Shown here in pieces: positions 1 to 7,791 of a stretch of 28,902 bases of DNA (position 1 is its first letter; each line of letters starts with the position of its first letter). The stretch comes from Candidatus Zixiibacteriota bacterium (GTDB lineage Bacteria > Zixibacteria > MSB-5A5 > UBA10806 > 4484-95). Both the position numbers and the translations under genes were made by a program. The notes beneath the pieces are model-generated. The model saw only the letters and a list, made by a program, of their open reading frames with translations. It did no database searches and was not told where the DNA came from. The stretch spans positions 1 through 28,902 of the forward strand of contig JAOZPT010000031.1 of NCBI GenBank assembly GCA_029932605.1. The letters run 5' to 3'.

Positions 1-381
1 ACCGGCAGACTCCGGTATATCTAAATCAGCAAAGCTGAAGCTTGCGGGATTAATGACCGGTGGGTCAATATCGACGACTCCAAGAGAATCAGAATGAGTA
101 TGATTGGCGCCGGGTGCGCTAAGATTATCGTCGACCGAGACTGTATCAAACTCCTGGGTGATAGTAAAACCGGGGTTGCCAAGGCTGTCAAATGTGATAA
201 GGCTGTCTTCCATTTCGTCAATTAGATCCTGAATGGTGTGATTTTTTGAGGTTAATGGAAGATCCCAGGTTGTTTCCCAACTGGGTGCCTCGGGTTTTTT
301 AACCGAGCACCCTACAAGAAATGCTATCAACAACAACATCAAAGTTGGCAAAAACATGCTTTTTGATTGAGTTAATTTCAC
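1..381 (-). CDS. Hypothetical lipoprotein (3' end outside the window; absent from ORF track)
   Basis: Manual translation from GTG at 381: MKLTQSKSMFLPTLMLLLIAFLVGC-SVKKPEAPSWETTWDLPL..., open to position 1 (127 codons). Lipobox LVGC; SD AGGAGG at 396-391. Confidence 0.85.
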   Translation of the reverse strand, partial: MKLTQSKSMFLPTLMLLLIAFLVGCSVKKPEAPSWETTWDLPLTSKNHTIQDLIDEMEDSLITFDSLGNPGFTITQEFDTVSVDDNLSAPGANHTHSDSLGVVDIDPPVINPASFSFADLDIPESAG

Positions 382-452
382 TTTGATACCCCTCCTTGCT
401 TAGCTTATTGTGATGTTTAACTTTCTTTGTGAATATGCTGTGTAAAATTTAT

Positions 453-468
453 GGCAAGCTATGTGCCA
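453..468 (-). promoter_or_regulatory. sigma54 (-24/-12) promoter for the lipoprotein gene
   Basis: Minus strand reads TGGCAC-ATAGC-TTGCC, matching TGGCAC-N5-TTGC. Predicted start ~442, about 60 nt upstream of GTG 381. Confidence 0.7.
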
Positions 469-621
469 TAAATATCAAACTTCATAAAAACTGTTTCAAG
501 CCGTGTATTATGTTGGAATATATATAGTTATGGATATGTTCGTATAGCGGTTATATTGACGGATATTTAGATTTTTCTGTTTTGTGTTGGACTCATCCCA
601 TAATGTTTGGGTTAAACTCTA

Positions 622-650
622 TTGACTTTTCCACTTGGTTAAAATAAATT
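622..650 (+). promoter_or_regulatory. sigma70-type promoter of the WYL gene (probably leaderless)
   Basis: TTGACT (622-627), 17-nt spacer, TAAATT (645-650). ATG begins at 657 with no SD. Confidence 0.6.
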
Positions 651-656
651 TGTACT

Positions 657-1577
657 ATGAATAAATCATCACGGTTATTGTACTTAATTACAATTATATT
701 GAACAATCCAGGTGTTGATGTTAGCCAGTTGGCTGAGAAATCTGGTGTATCGGAGAGGACTATTTACAGGGATATAATAGCGATATCGGAAGCTCATATT
801 CCCATCTATTATGATAACGGTTATCGTATTCTCGATACCACTCGAATGCCACCGTTAAATTTCTCCAACGATGAACTTATTTATTTATATAACATCTTAA
901 AAAGTACCTCTCACGCCGCTGGCTTGGGGGTTGTGGCCAGCAGATTGGCTGATAAGTTGAGAAGGCATTTACCGGGTGTTTTGAACAAACCCCATATCGA
1001 TTTTCAACCACAGGCTACCGATACTCCAGTTATTGCCAGAAACTTTGAGAAAATTGAGAGGGCGATTGAAAGTTCAAGGGTTATCAGCTTAAAATACAAG
1101 TCCTTGAATGGCCGCTCGTCCCGCCGAAAAATTCATCCCTACGGACTGGCTTTTCGAAAGCATGGCTGGTACCTGATAGGGTTTTGCGAGAAAAGAGGTG
1201 AGATAAGATTATTTCGTTTAGCCAGAATATCTTTTATAAGGTTGACCGAAAAAGGGTATGTTAGACCGGTTGATTTTTCAGTAAGCGATTTTCTCGATGA
1301 AAGCTGGGGTGTATTTAGGGGGCCTTTAAGGCATTATAAAGTAAAATTTACCGGTCCTGCGGCAATAGCGGTGTCTTCTACACGTCATCATAAAGACGAG
1401 TCAATTGAGAAAATAAACCGCTATACGATAATGTACAGCGTTAAGGCACGTGGTGAGGAAGAGTTTTTAAATTGGCTGTTATCATATGGTAGATATGCTG
1501 AACTGATTGAACCTGAGGACTTGCGGAAAGAGATGAAAAAACGTTTGCAAAACACCCTCAAGAAATATTCAAAGTGA
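657..1577 (+). CDS. HTH-WYL-WCX transcriptional regulator (YafY/PafC-like)
   Basis: N-terminal wHTH 'LAEKSGVSERTIYRDI'; WYL core 'RKIHPYGLAFRKHGWYLIGFCEKRGEIRLFRLARI'; WCX end 'WLLSYGRYAELIEPEDLR'. Confidence 0.93.
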   Translation: MNKSSRLLYLITIILNNPGVDVSQLAEKSGVSERTIYRDIIAISEAHIPIYYDNGYRILDTTRMPPLNFSNDELIYLYNILKSTSHAAGLGVVASRLADKLRRHLPGVLNKPHIDFQPQATDTPVIARNFEKIERAIESSRVISLKYKSLNGRSSRRKIHPYGLAFRKHGWYLIGFCEKRGEIRLFRLARISFIRLTEKGYVRPVDFSVSDFLDESWGVFRGPLRHYKVKFTGPAAIAVSSTRHHKDESIEKINRYTIMYSVKARGEEEFLNWLLSYGRYAELIEPEDLRKEMKKRLQNTLKKYSK

Positions 1578-1608
1578 ACATATTCTCCAAGTAGGATTAT
1601 AAACCGGA

Positions 1609-1953
1609 ATGGCAAAACGTTACTGCAAAATATGCGGTGCTGAATGGGAGGAGAATTTCGACGAATGTTGGAACTGCGGTATGCCGGCTGATCCCGATGA
1701 GCAGTTATGGTTTGATAAAGATGTCCGCCGTCGTCTCGAGCGAAAAAGAAGAATAGCTAAAAAAAAGCGAATAAAACCGATCTCTAAATTAAATCGGGGG
1801 ATTTTCATACCATTGATATTGGGCTGTGCCGCGGTTATAAAGATCATTGCCCAGGGCGGCTTTTCAATCAGGTCAGGATTGGTTTATGAGGTTGTGGGTT
1901 TATTGATGTTTGTCTTTAGCGTGATTTATATTGTTAAATCAAAAATAAAATAG
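1609..1953 (+). CDS. Small Zn-ribbon membrane protein
   Basis: CKIC...CWNC Zn-ribbon, basic linker and two C-terminal hydrophobic helices. Starts 31 nt after the WYL stop. Confidence 0.75.
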   Translation: MAKRYCKICGAEWEENFDECWNCGMPADPDEQLWFDKDVRRRLERKRRIAKKKRIKPISKLNRGIFIPLILGCAAVIKIIAQGGFSIRSGLVYEVVGLLMFVFSVIYIVKSKIK

Positions 1954-1977
1954 TCTATCTTAATCAGTTCGTTCGAT

Positions 1978-2010
1978 GTAGGGAGCGAATATCAATTCGC
2001 CCTTTTTGTT
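1978..2010 (+). terminator. Hairpin plus T-tract (also resembles a GTAG-type REP)
   Basis: GTAGGGAGCGAAT-ATCA-ATTCGCCCT followed by TTTTGTT. Confidence 0.55.
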
Positions 2011-2163
2011 TGGTCAATGTTATTCTTTTAGTAAAACTGATTTTGCCTGCGTTTAAATTTAACTTATGTTTCCTTCATAGAATAGCCAGGATTGTTGTTA
2101 AGGTTTTCTATCTAGCCTTAATAAGCTGGTATTAGTAAATATAAAATAAATTCATAAAATATC

Positions 2164-2192
2164 TTGCTTTTAATGGATTTTTAGTATATATT
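2164..2192 (+). promoter_or_regulatory. sigma70-type promoter
   Basis: TTGCTT, 17-nt spacer, TATATT; 14 nt between the -10 box and ATG 2207. Confidence 0.45.
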
Positions 2193-2206
2193 ATATATGG
2201 GGTATT

Positions 2207-4090
2207 ATGGCCAGGGTATTTAAAATAGCGGTTTCAATATTCTTTTTAATTGTTTCCTGCTACGCCAGTTCTATTAATGACAATTCACCAATAATATTAA
2301 ACGATGGTGGTTGCATTCGGGGCACAGTCTATTCCGACCAAGGACAGTTTTTACCACTGGCCGAAGTTGTTGTTTATTCTACCGATTATGATGTTATAGA
2401 TTCTGTCGTTACGTCCTCTGACGGCAAATTCAGCATATCCTTGAGCAGTGGTTCATACTTTATCTCAGCCGAGGCATCCGATTATATTAAAGAGTACTTC
2501 CCCTGTGTATATAAGATTTCAGAGTCACAGCAGATTACAATATTTCCCTCCCGGATTGTGGATATAGATTTCAGGCTTGACATAGGTGGAACCGTAAGCG
2601 GACAAATAGTAACTGGCAGTGATGAATCATCGGATTTCATGGTTAGCGCTGTGAAGATAGATTATCCATATGAAGGCTGGCAACTTGATAGATATTTTCA
2701 GATAGTTAACAGTGGTAGTTACTATCTTGATGGTATCCTGCCAGGTTATTACAAAGTCTTTGTTAGGGGAAAAGGATATCGAACGATTTTCTACATGCAA
2801 TCTGAGACGTTTGATGGTGCCCAGACAGTAGCGATAAACAAGGGTGAAATCGTAGATGGTATTGATTTCTTTTTAGAGCAACCGGGTAGCGGTCTTTTAT
2901 CCGGATATATAAATGACATAAGTTCTCATAGTCCTGTTAACGGGGCTGTGGTTTGTGCTTACCAGTGGTCTATATCGGGTGATGACCCAAATATGGAAAG
3001 TACTATAACCGGAGCTGATGGATATTATGAGCTGGAGGTTACCGCTGGATACTATTATGTATCTGCAATCTTTGAAAATGACGAACACAACAGGAGCGCT
3101 TTTCAGGTATATTATAATAACCATTATGATAACAGATTAGCTGATTTAATTCAGGTTGATCCCATGCAAAACATACCCGGAATAGATTTTGCGGTTGATT
3201 TGTCGATTTCGCATAATAAGGCAATTTCTGGAACAATGATTAATCCTGAAACCAATGCACCTCTGGAGGGAGTAAAAATAACTGCTACTGATTATTATAA
3301 TGGATGGCCGATATCTTTAGGATTTAGTGATTATGATGGTAACTTTGTTATTGAAAATCTTATAAGCGGAGTATACATACTTCAGCTTGGTGGTAATAAT
3401 ATTATACCGAGTTTCTGGAAAAATAAATTGGGTTGGCAGGATGCTGAACAGATTGTTTTGATTACCAATAACATTGAACTTTATGATGGAGGAGCAATAA
3501 CTCAGGATTACGGTACTCCCGGTTTGTCTATTTCTGGTCAGGTCGAGGGACCTGATGGGGTATTGGCAGATGTAAGAGTATATGCAATTAACCTGGATAA
3601 TGGAATTATTGCCTTCGATAAATCAGATCAATCTGGATATTTTTGTATATCCTGTGGTTTGCAGGAAGGGGATTATAATTTATTTGCTGATCTGTACGGA
3701 TACAATGGTTGTTTTTATCCTGAAATACTTAATCTGCATCTAATAAATAATCCTCGTATTGAGAATATAGATTTTTATCTTAGTCCGGCTTCGGTGGCGA
3801 TTCCCGTTGACGCTAAGCCAGATAATTATCGGTTGGCGGGAAATTTTCCTAATCCGTTTAATAGAGGGACACTTATAAAATTCTATTCGGAGAAACAATC
3901 TAAATCTGAACTTGTAATTTATGATATCATAGGCCGTCGCATAAATACTATATCTTTGATGATTGACCAAGGGGTTAATACAATTTACTGGGATGGTTTA
4001 TCCTCTGATGGCCAGCCTGTGGCAAGCGGTATTTATTTTTATGATGTTGAAGGTATAGTTGATCCACATAAGATGTTATTATTAAGATAA
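2207..4090 (+). CDS. Secreted protein with repeated carboxypeptidase-regulatory-like beta-sandwich domains and T9SS/FlgD-Ig-type C-terminal tail
   Basis: Signal peptide; repeated 'I.GTV...P...A.V...TD..G.[FY].....L..G.Y' units; tail 'GNFPNPFN...WDGLSSDGQPVASGIYFY...KMLLLR'. Confidence 0.85.
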   Translation: MARVFKIAVSIFFLIVSCYASSINDNSPIILNDGGCIRGTVYSDQGQFLPLAEVVVYSTDYDVIDSVVTSSDGKFSISLSSGSYFISAEASDYIKEYFPCVYKISESQQITIFPSRIVDIDFRLDIGGTVSGQIVTGSDESSDFMVSAVKIDYPYEGWQLDRYFQIVNSGSYYLDGILPGYYKVFVRGKGYRTIFYMQSETFDGAQTVAINKGEIVDGIDFFLEQPGSGLLSGYINDISSHSPVNGAVVCAYQWSISGDDPNMESTITGADGYYELEVTAGYYYVSAIFENDEHNRSAFQVYYNNHYDNRLADLIQVDPMQNIPGIDFAVDLSISHNKAISGTMINPETNAPLEGVKITATDYYNGWPISLGFSDYDGNFVIENLISGVYILQLGGNNIIPSFWKNKLGWQDAEQIVLITNNIELYDGGAITQDYGTPGLSISGQVEGPDGVLADVRVYAINLDNGIIAFDKSDQSGYFCISCGLQEGDYNLFADLYGYNGCFYPEILNLHLINNPRIENIDFYLSPASVAIPVDAKPDNYRLAGNFPNPFNRGTLIKFYSEKQSKSELVIYDIIGRRINTISLMIDQGVNTIYWDGLSSDGQPVASGIYFYDVEGIVDPHKMLLLR

Positions 4091-4189
4091 ATAAATAAAT
4101 AATAAAAGGTAGCAATAAAAACATCTTGACTATATTTCATTTATTATTAAATTATTACTGGTATATTAGGATAGGGGGAAAATTTAAAA

Positions 4190-4228
4190 TTGCACAGAGT
4201 GTGAAGCATTTTGCACAATAATGGTGTT
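4190..4228 (+). promoter_or_regulatory. Possible enhancer (UAS) for an NtrC-family activator
   Basis: TTGCACA repeated at 4190 and 4211 (21 bp apart). 4212-4228 TGCACAATAATGGTGTT resembles the NtrC site TGCACCA-N3-TGGTGCA; lies ~150 bp upstream of a sigma54 start. Confidence 0.35.
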
Positions 4229-4352
4229 AATTTTTGTTCTTTTATAGGAGGAGTTGTAAAAGCTGGATTAAGTTTTTTCTTAAATTGAATGTTATCGTCA
4301 ATTCGCCTTATTTATATCGTGTTGTTATGATGGTAACTGTGTGGGATTGTAA

Positions 4353-4368
4353 GGGCATAGTATTTGCT
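4353..4368 (+). promoter_or_regulatory. sigma54 promoter of the lipoate ligase-family gene
   Basis: GGGCAT-AGTAT-TTGCT with GG-N10-GC spacing; predicted start ~4379, ATG at 4399. Confidence 0.55.
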
Positions 4369-4398
4369 AAATTATAAAGGGGCATTGGTCTTTGGCAA

Positions 4399-5196
4399 AT
4401 GAATATTTTAAGATTTATCGATGATTTACCCAGACATGGGGCATTGAACATGGCATTGGACAACGCACTCGCTTTTTATACCGGAAAACAAAACTCGTTA
4501 GTGGTGTTGCGTCTTTATAGCTGGATCAAACCTACGTTAAGTTGTGGCTTTCATCAAAAGGTTGAAAAGAGGGTCGATTTTGAAAGTTGTCAGCGGTATG
4601 GAGTTGACGTTGTTAGGCGTCCTACTGGAGGAAGAGAGCTTTTACATAATGGGGATTTGAGTTTCAGCGTTTCCAGTCAACTAAGGGATGTTGATTTTCG
4701 TGTTGGAGAGATTTTTTTTAATGTTTGCCATGTCATTACCCAATCTCTGAAGGAACTGGGAATCAAGGTGTTGATAAAATCGGGGGAAAAAAAGGGGAGA
4801 AGCAATAGATTAATGCCTTGTTTAGCCAGCCCTTCTCAATATGAAATTTTGTGTAATGGTAAAAAAATAGTACCAATGGCACAGAGGATTTTTCAACATT
4901 CTGTTTTAGTGCATGGCTCGATACCTCTTAGCGATTCCAAAATTCCCGTTGCCAGGTTGTTGAGAGTATCAGATACCGAGTGGTTGCAGCGGCAAATCGA
5001 CGAATCATCCACTAGTCTGAATCGGATTCTAAATAAAGATGTTGATATTAGAAAATTAAAAATGCACCTGTGGCAAAATTTCCAGAATATATACGGAGGC
5101 ACTATAAAAAATCAGCCTTTTTCTGAAGGTGAGGTAACTGAGGCTAAAGCGATGGCTAGAAGATGGGAATGTAGAATGTTGGAGAAAGCTCCATAG
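4399..5196 (+). CDS. Lipoate-protein ligase A family protein (LipM-like octanoyltransferase)
   Basis: 'GALNMALDNAL', 'LRLYSWIKPTLSCG', 'VVRRPTGGRELLH', 'CLASPSQYEI...GKKI..AQR...VLVHGSIPL'. Catalytic domain only. Confidence 0.88.
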   Translation: MNILRFIDDLPRHGALNMALDNALAFYTGKQNSLVVLRLYSWIKPTLSCGFHQKVEKRVDFESCQRYGVDVVRRPTGGRELLHNGDLSFSVSSQLRDVDFRVGEIFFNVCHVITQSLKELGIKVLIKSGEKKGRSNRLMPCLASPSQYEILCNGKKIVPMAQRIFQHSVLVHGSIPLSDSKIPVARLLRVSDTEWLQRQIDESSTSLNRILNKDVDIRKLKMHLWQNFQNIYGGTIKNQPFSEGEVTEAKAMARRWECRMLEKAP

Positions 5197-5336
5197 AGGC
5201 AAGGATATTAAATGAAAGATTTTATTCTAAATCTAAAGTTAAAATTAATTAACCAGAAAGAAAAGGAAATAGGGAGGTGATATTTGACAAAAAGTTGGTA
5301 AGTTTGTAAAAGTTGTAAAGTCAAAAGGAGATTAAG

Positions 5337-7106
5337 ATGAAAAAGAAGATTTTAGTATTTGTTGTTATGGCGGCTCTGTTAATTACTGCGAGTGTCTTTG
5401 CAGAGGTTGCAAAAACACATATTTCTGAAACCGAGAGAGCTCTTACAGGAAATGAACCGCTTCCCAATGTTCCAGCCTATCCATATAATCCCGATCTTGC
5501 CACAGATTCTCCGGGCATTATAATGGGGACGACCTGGTATGATTACCAAACTAACGGTTCCACTGGCAATCGGGTTGCCATAACTGATAGTAACACCATT
5601 TACGTTGCTTGGATGAATGCTTATACTTACCCCCCACCCCCCAGGCATATTTTCCATAACTGGCGGGATTCTTATGGCAACTGGAATTTTGAAATGGGCT
5701 TAAAGGTTGACGACCGACCGGATGGTAGCGCAGCTGCCGGCTACACAACTCTTGATATCTATCAGGGGTATCGTGGGGCTGTTGCTTATCATTACACTGT
5801 TCCGGCTTACGTTGGCAGGCTGGCTGTAGATGCAGCTGATTATCCCGGTTACGGTTATTTTGAACGTTTCAACATACCAAATATGTTTAGTGGCAATGAG
5901 CACATATGGCCATATATAGCGGTCGATAGGAATGATAGGGTACATATCTTGATGACCTATCCTGCTCCTGCTGCCGGCGACCCTCAGGACTTCATTTATG
6001 TCCGTTCTGCTGATGGTGGTCAAACCTGGACGACAGAAACAGTAGTTGATACAATTATGACTATCAGCGCTGTCATCGACGCTTCGCCAGTGTCGGATAA
6101 AGTGGTTATGGGTTATTGCCATCCTACTACTTTCGAAAACCAGTGGGAAAATGATATTTATTATATTCTCTCCGAGGATGGTATAAGCTGGGATTTCCGC
6201 ACCGGTAAGGTAAATGTCACTCAATATGAAAGGGACGATGATTCGCTTTGGGCTTATACTGATATGGATATCATCTTCGATTACAACGATAATTTCCATA
6301 TAATCTGGGAAGCCCAGACAATAGATACCGAAGGTTACATCCAATGGAATACCCGTCTATTCCATTACAACAGCGAAACAGAGGAAATTAACCTGATACA
6401 TATGTGGCCCTTGACGGATTATTGGATCGTCGGCTGTGATTGTGGCGCTTGGAATCGTCCTATATGTAAGATGAACCTTGGTGTTCACTCTTCAAATACA
6501 TTATTTGCTACTTGGACACAATTTGATACGCTCGATTGTTCCAATGCCGGATACGCCAATGGTGAAATCTATATGTCTTATACTTATGACGGTACAAACT
6601 GGCAGGAGCCCATAAACCTTACCAATTCAGCAACTCCTGGTTGTTATCCGGAAGAGTGTGACAGCGACCACTGGTCATCGTTAGCTGATGCGGTTAATGA
6701 TACCCTTCATATTTTATACATCAACGATAAAGATGCCGGTGGTATTCCTCAGACCGAGGGTGTTGCTACAGAAAATCCAGTGATGTATCTGGCATATCCA
6801 GTGGATGACCTTGTTGGTGTTGATGAAGAAGTCAACAGACCAACTAACTTCAACTTAAATCAAAACTATCCCAATCCTTTCAATGCCAAGACCAATATCG
6901 CGTTTGAGCTGAAAGAGGCCTCACCGGTGTTACTGGAGGTATTTGATTTAACAGGTGCCAAGGTTACAACACTTGTCGATGAATTCATGTCAGCTGGTTC
7001 TCATTCGATTACTTGGAATGCTGAGAACGTTGCCTCTGGTGTTTACTTCTACAAGCTGGAAGCTGGTACTTCTCAAGAGACCAGACAGGCGGTGTTGATT
7101 AAATAA
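5337..7106 (+). CDS. Secreted BNR/Asp-box (sialidase-like propeller) protein with T9SS-type C-terminal tail
   Basis: SD AGGAG; signal peptide ending VFA; Asp-boxes 'RSADGGQTW', 'SEDGISW', 'TYDGTNW'; tail 'QNYPNPFN...SGVYFYKL'. Confidence 0.85.
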   Translation: MKKKILVFVVMAALLITASVFAEVAKTHISETERALTGNEPLPNVPAYPYNPDLATDSPGIIMGTTWYDYQTNGSTGNRVAITDSNTIYVAWMNAYTYPPPPRHIFHNWRDSYGNWNFEMGLKVDDRPDGSAAAGYTTLDIYQGYRGAVAYHYTVPAYVGRLAVDAADYPGYGYFERFNIPNMFSGNEHIWPYIAVDRNDRVHILMTYPAPAAGDPQDFIYVRSADGGQTWTTETVVDTIMTISAVIDASPVSDKVVMGYCHPTTFENQWENDIYYILSEDGISWDFRTGKVNVTQYERDDDSLWAYTDMDIIFDYNDNFHIIWEAQTIDTEGYIQWNTRLFHYNSETEEINLIHMWPLTDYWIVGCDCGAWNRPICKMNLGVHSSNTLFATWTQFDTLDCSNAGYANGEIYMSYTYDGTNWQEPINLTNSATPGCYPEECDSDHWSSLADAVNDTLHILYINDKDAGGIPQTEGVATENPVMYLAYPVDDLVGVDEEVNRPTNFNLNQNYPNPFNAKTNIAFELKEASPVLLEVFDLTGAKVTTLVDEFMSAGSHSITWNAENVASGVYFYKLEAGTSQETRQAVLIK

Positions 7107-7134
7107 GTTCAACTCTATTTTCAGATGAGTTGTT

Positions 7135-7170
7135 AACGGTCGGGTTTTAAAGCCCGACCGTTTTTTTCTT
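7135..7170 (+). terminator. Rho-independent terminator
   Basis: AACGGTCGGG-TTTTAAAG-CCCGACCGTT followed by TTTTTCTT, 28 nt after the stop at 7106. Confidence 0.9.
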
Positions 7171-7301
7171 TTGATTAACTATAAATCCAATCATAATTAT
7201 TGCATTTGGGGTTATTTAAATTATGAATTAGATTGCATATCACATTAAAAACCGTCTTATATTTTTTGTTAGAAATAATTCATACATTGATAATAATTTG
7301 T

Positions 7302-7314
7302 TAACCTTTTGATA
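7302..7314 (-). promoter_or_regulatory. IHF binding site
   Basis: Minus strand TATCAA-AAGG-TTA matches the consensus WATCARNNNNTTR, ~60 bp upstream of a sigma54 -24 box. Confidence 0.45.
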
Positions 7315-7373
7315 TAAAAACATATGAAGGGTCTTACATGTTACTTTGCATGCTTAGAACAAATTGATTGTTC

Positions 7374-7389
7374 TGGCATACATATTGCA
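7374..7389 (+). promoter_or_regulatory. sigma54 (-24/-12) promoter
   Basis: TGGCAT-ACATA-TTGCA; predicted start ~7400. Confidence 0.7.
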
Positions 7390-7424
7390 ATTTATAATCA
7401 GTGGTTTTTAGGGTTAAGTAAATT

Positions 7425-7501
7425 GCATGGGAGTGGTGAGTGCTGGAAATATCCAGCCACCCCGAATGATTCGGGGCATCCCCCCTCCGCCACTCCCGTG
7501 C
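7425..7501 (+). ncRNA. Unidentified structured RNA (three-way junction); sRNA or 5' leader
   Basis: 14-bp closing stem 7425-7438/7488-7501 with two U-G wobbles (plus-strand specific). Inner hairpins GCTGGA-AATA-TCCAGC (7442-7457) and CCCCGAA-TGA-TTCGGGG (7460-7476). GC-rich island in an AT-rich spacer. Confidence 0.65.
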
Positions 7502-7520
7502 TAAATCTGATGAGGGAACG

Positions 7521-7625
7521 ATGGTCAGTTTTAATGAAGACAAAATAGTCAAACCAAGGCCAATTTTTTTATATGCTTTTGTTTTGATTGCATTATTAGC
7601 TGCGATTGTTTTAATCCCGATATAA
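7521..7625 (+). CDS. Small single-pass membrane protein, 34 aa (not in ORF track)
   Basis: MVSFNEDKIVKPRPIFLYAFVLIALLAAIVLIPI*; GAGG at 7512-7515, 5 nt before ATG; charged N-terminus then ~20 apolar residues. Confidence 0.6.
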   Translation: MVSFNEDKIVKPRPIFLYAFVLIALLAAIVLIPI

Positions 7626-7755
7626 AGTTTATCTCTTGTATTTTTGCGTAATTTGGTATAATAATTACAATCGATTACACACAGCACATTATAACCAAAA
7701 AATCACCACATTGGTAACTAAAATATGATGGTGAAGTTTCTTCTTACTATCAGGC

Positions 7756-7784
7756 TTGACATTTTATGGCTTTATAAGTTTAAT
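7756..7784 (+). promoter_or_regulatory. sigma70-type promoter of uvrC
   Basis: TTGACA (7756-7761), 17-nt spacer, imperfect -10 TTTAAT (7779-7784); ATG at 7792. Confidence 0.5.
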
Positions 7785-7791
7785 ATTATAT

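Noticed and set aside
657..1577. WYL gene as marker of a defence island or CRISPR locus
   Set aside because: No cas, BREX, CBASS or RM genes and no repeat-spacer array seen in the window.
5212..5301. 22-codon ORF ending in GGAGGTGA, followed by TTG ACA AAA AGT TGG TAA
   Set aside because: Tiny low-complexity ORFs in AT-rich DNA; TTGACA at 5284 is as easily a -35 box. No independent support.
5700..6344. 214-aa antisense ORF and other short shadow ORFs inside genes
   Set aside because: They lie opposite or within well-supported genes and have no motifs.
7425..7501. Retron msr/msd, tRNA or SRP identity for the structured RNA
   Set aside because: No reverse transcriptase in the window, no T-loop or cloverleaf, no SRP helix-8 motif.
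7507..7514. CTGATGAG, resembling the hammerhead ribozyme core
   Set aside because: No stem II followed by GAAA and no flanking stems; better explained as the SD region of the small ORF.
7324..7687. ORF-track ORFs 7324-7548 (+) and 7334-7687 (-)
   Set aside because: No SD or recognisable motifs; they overlap the sigma54 promoter, structured RNA and the better-supported 34-aa ORF.
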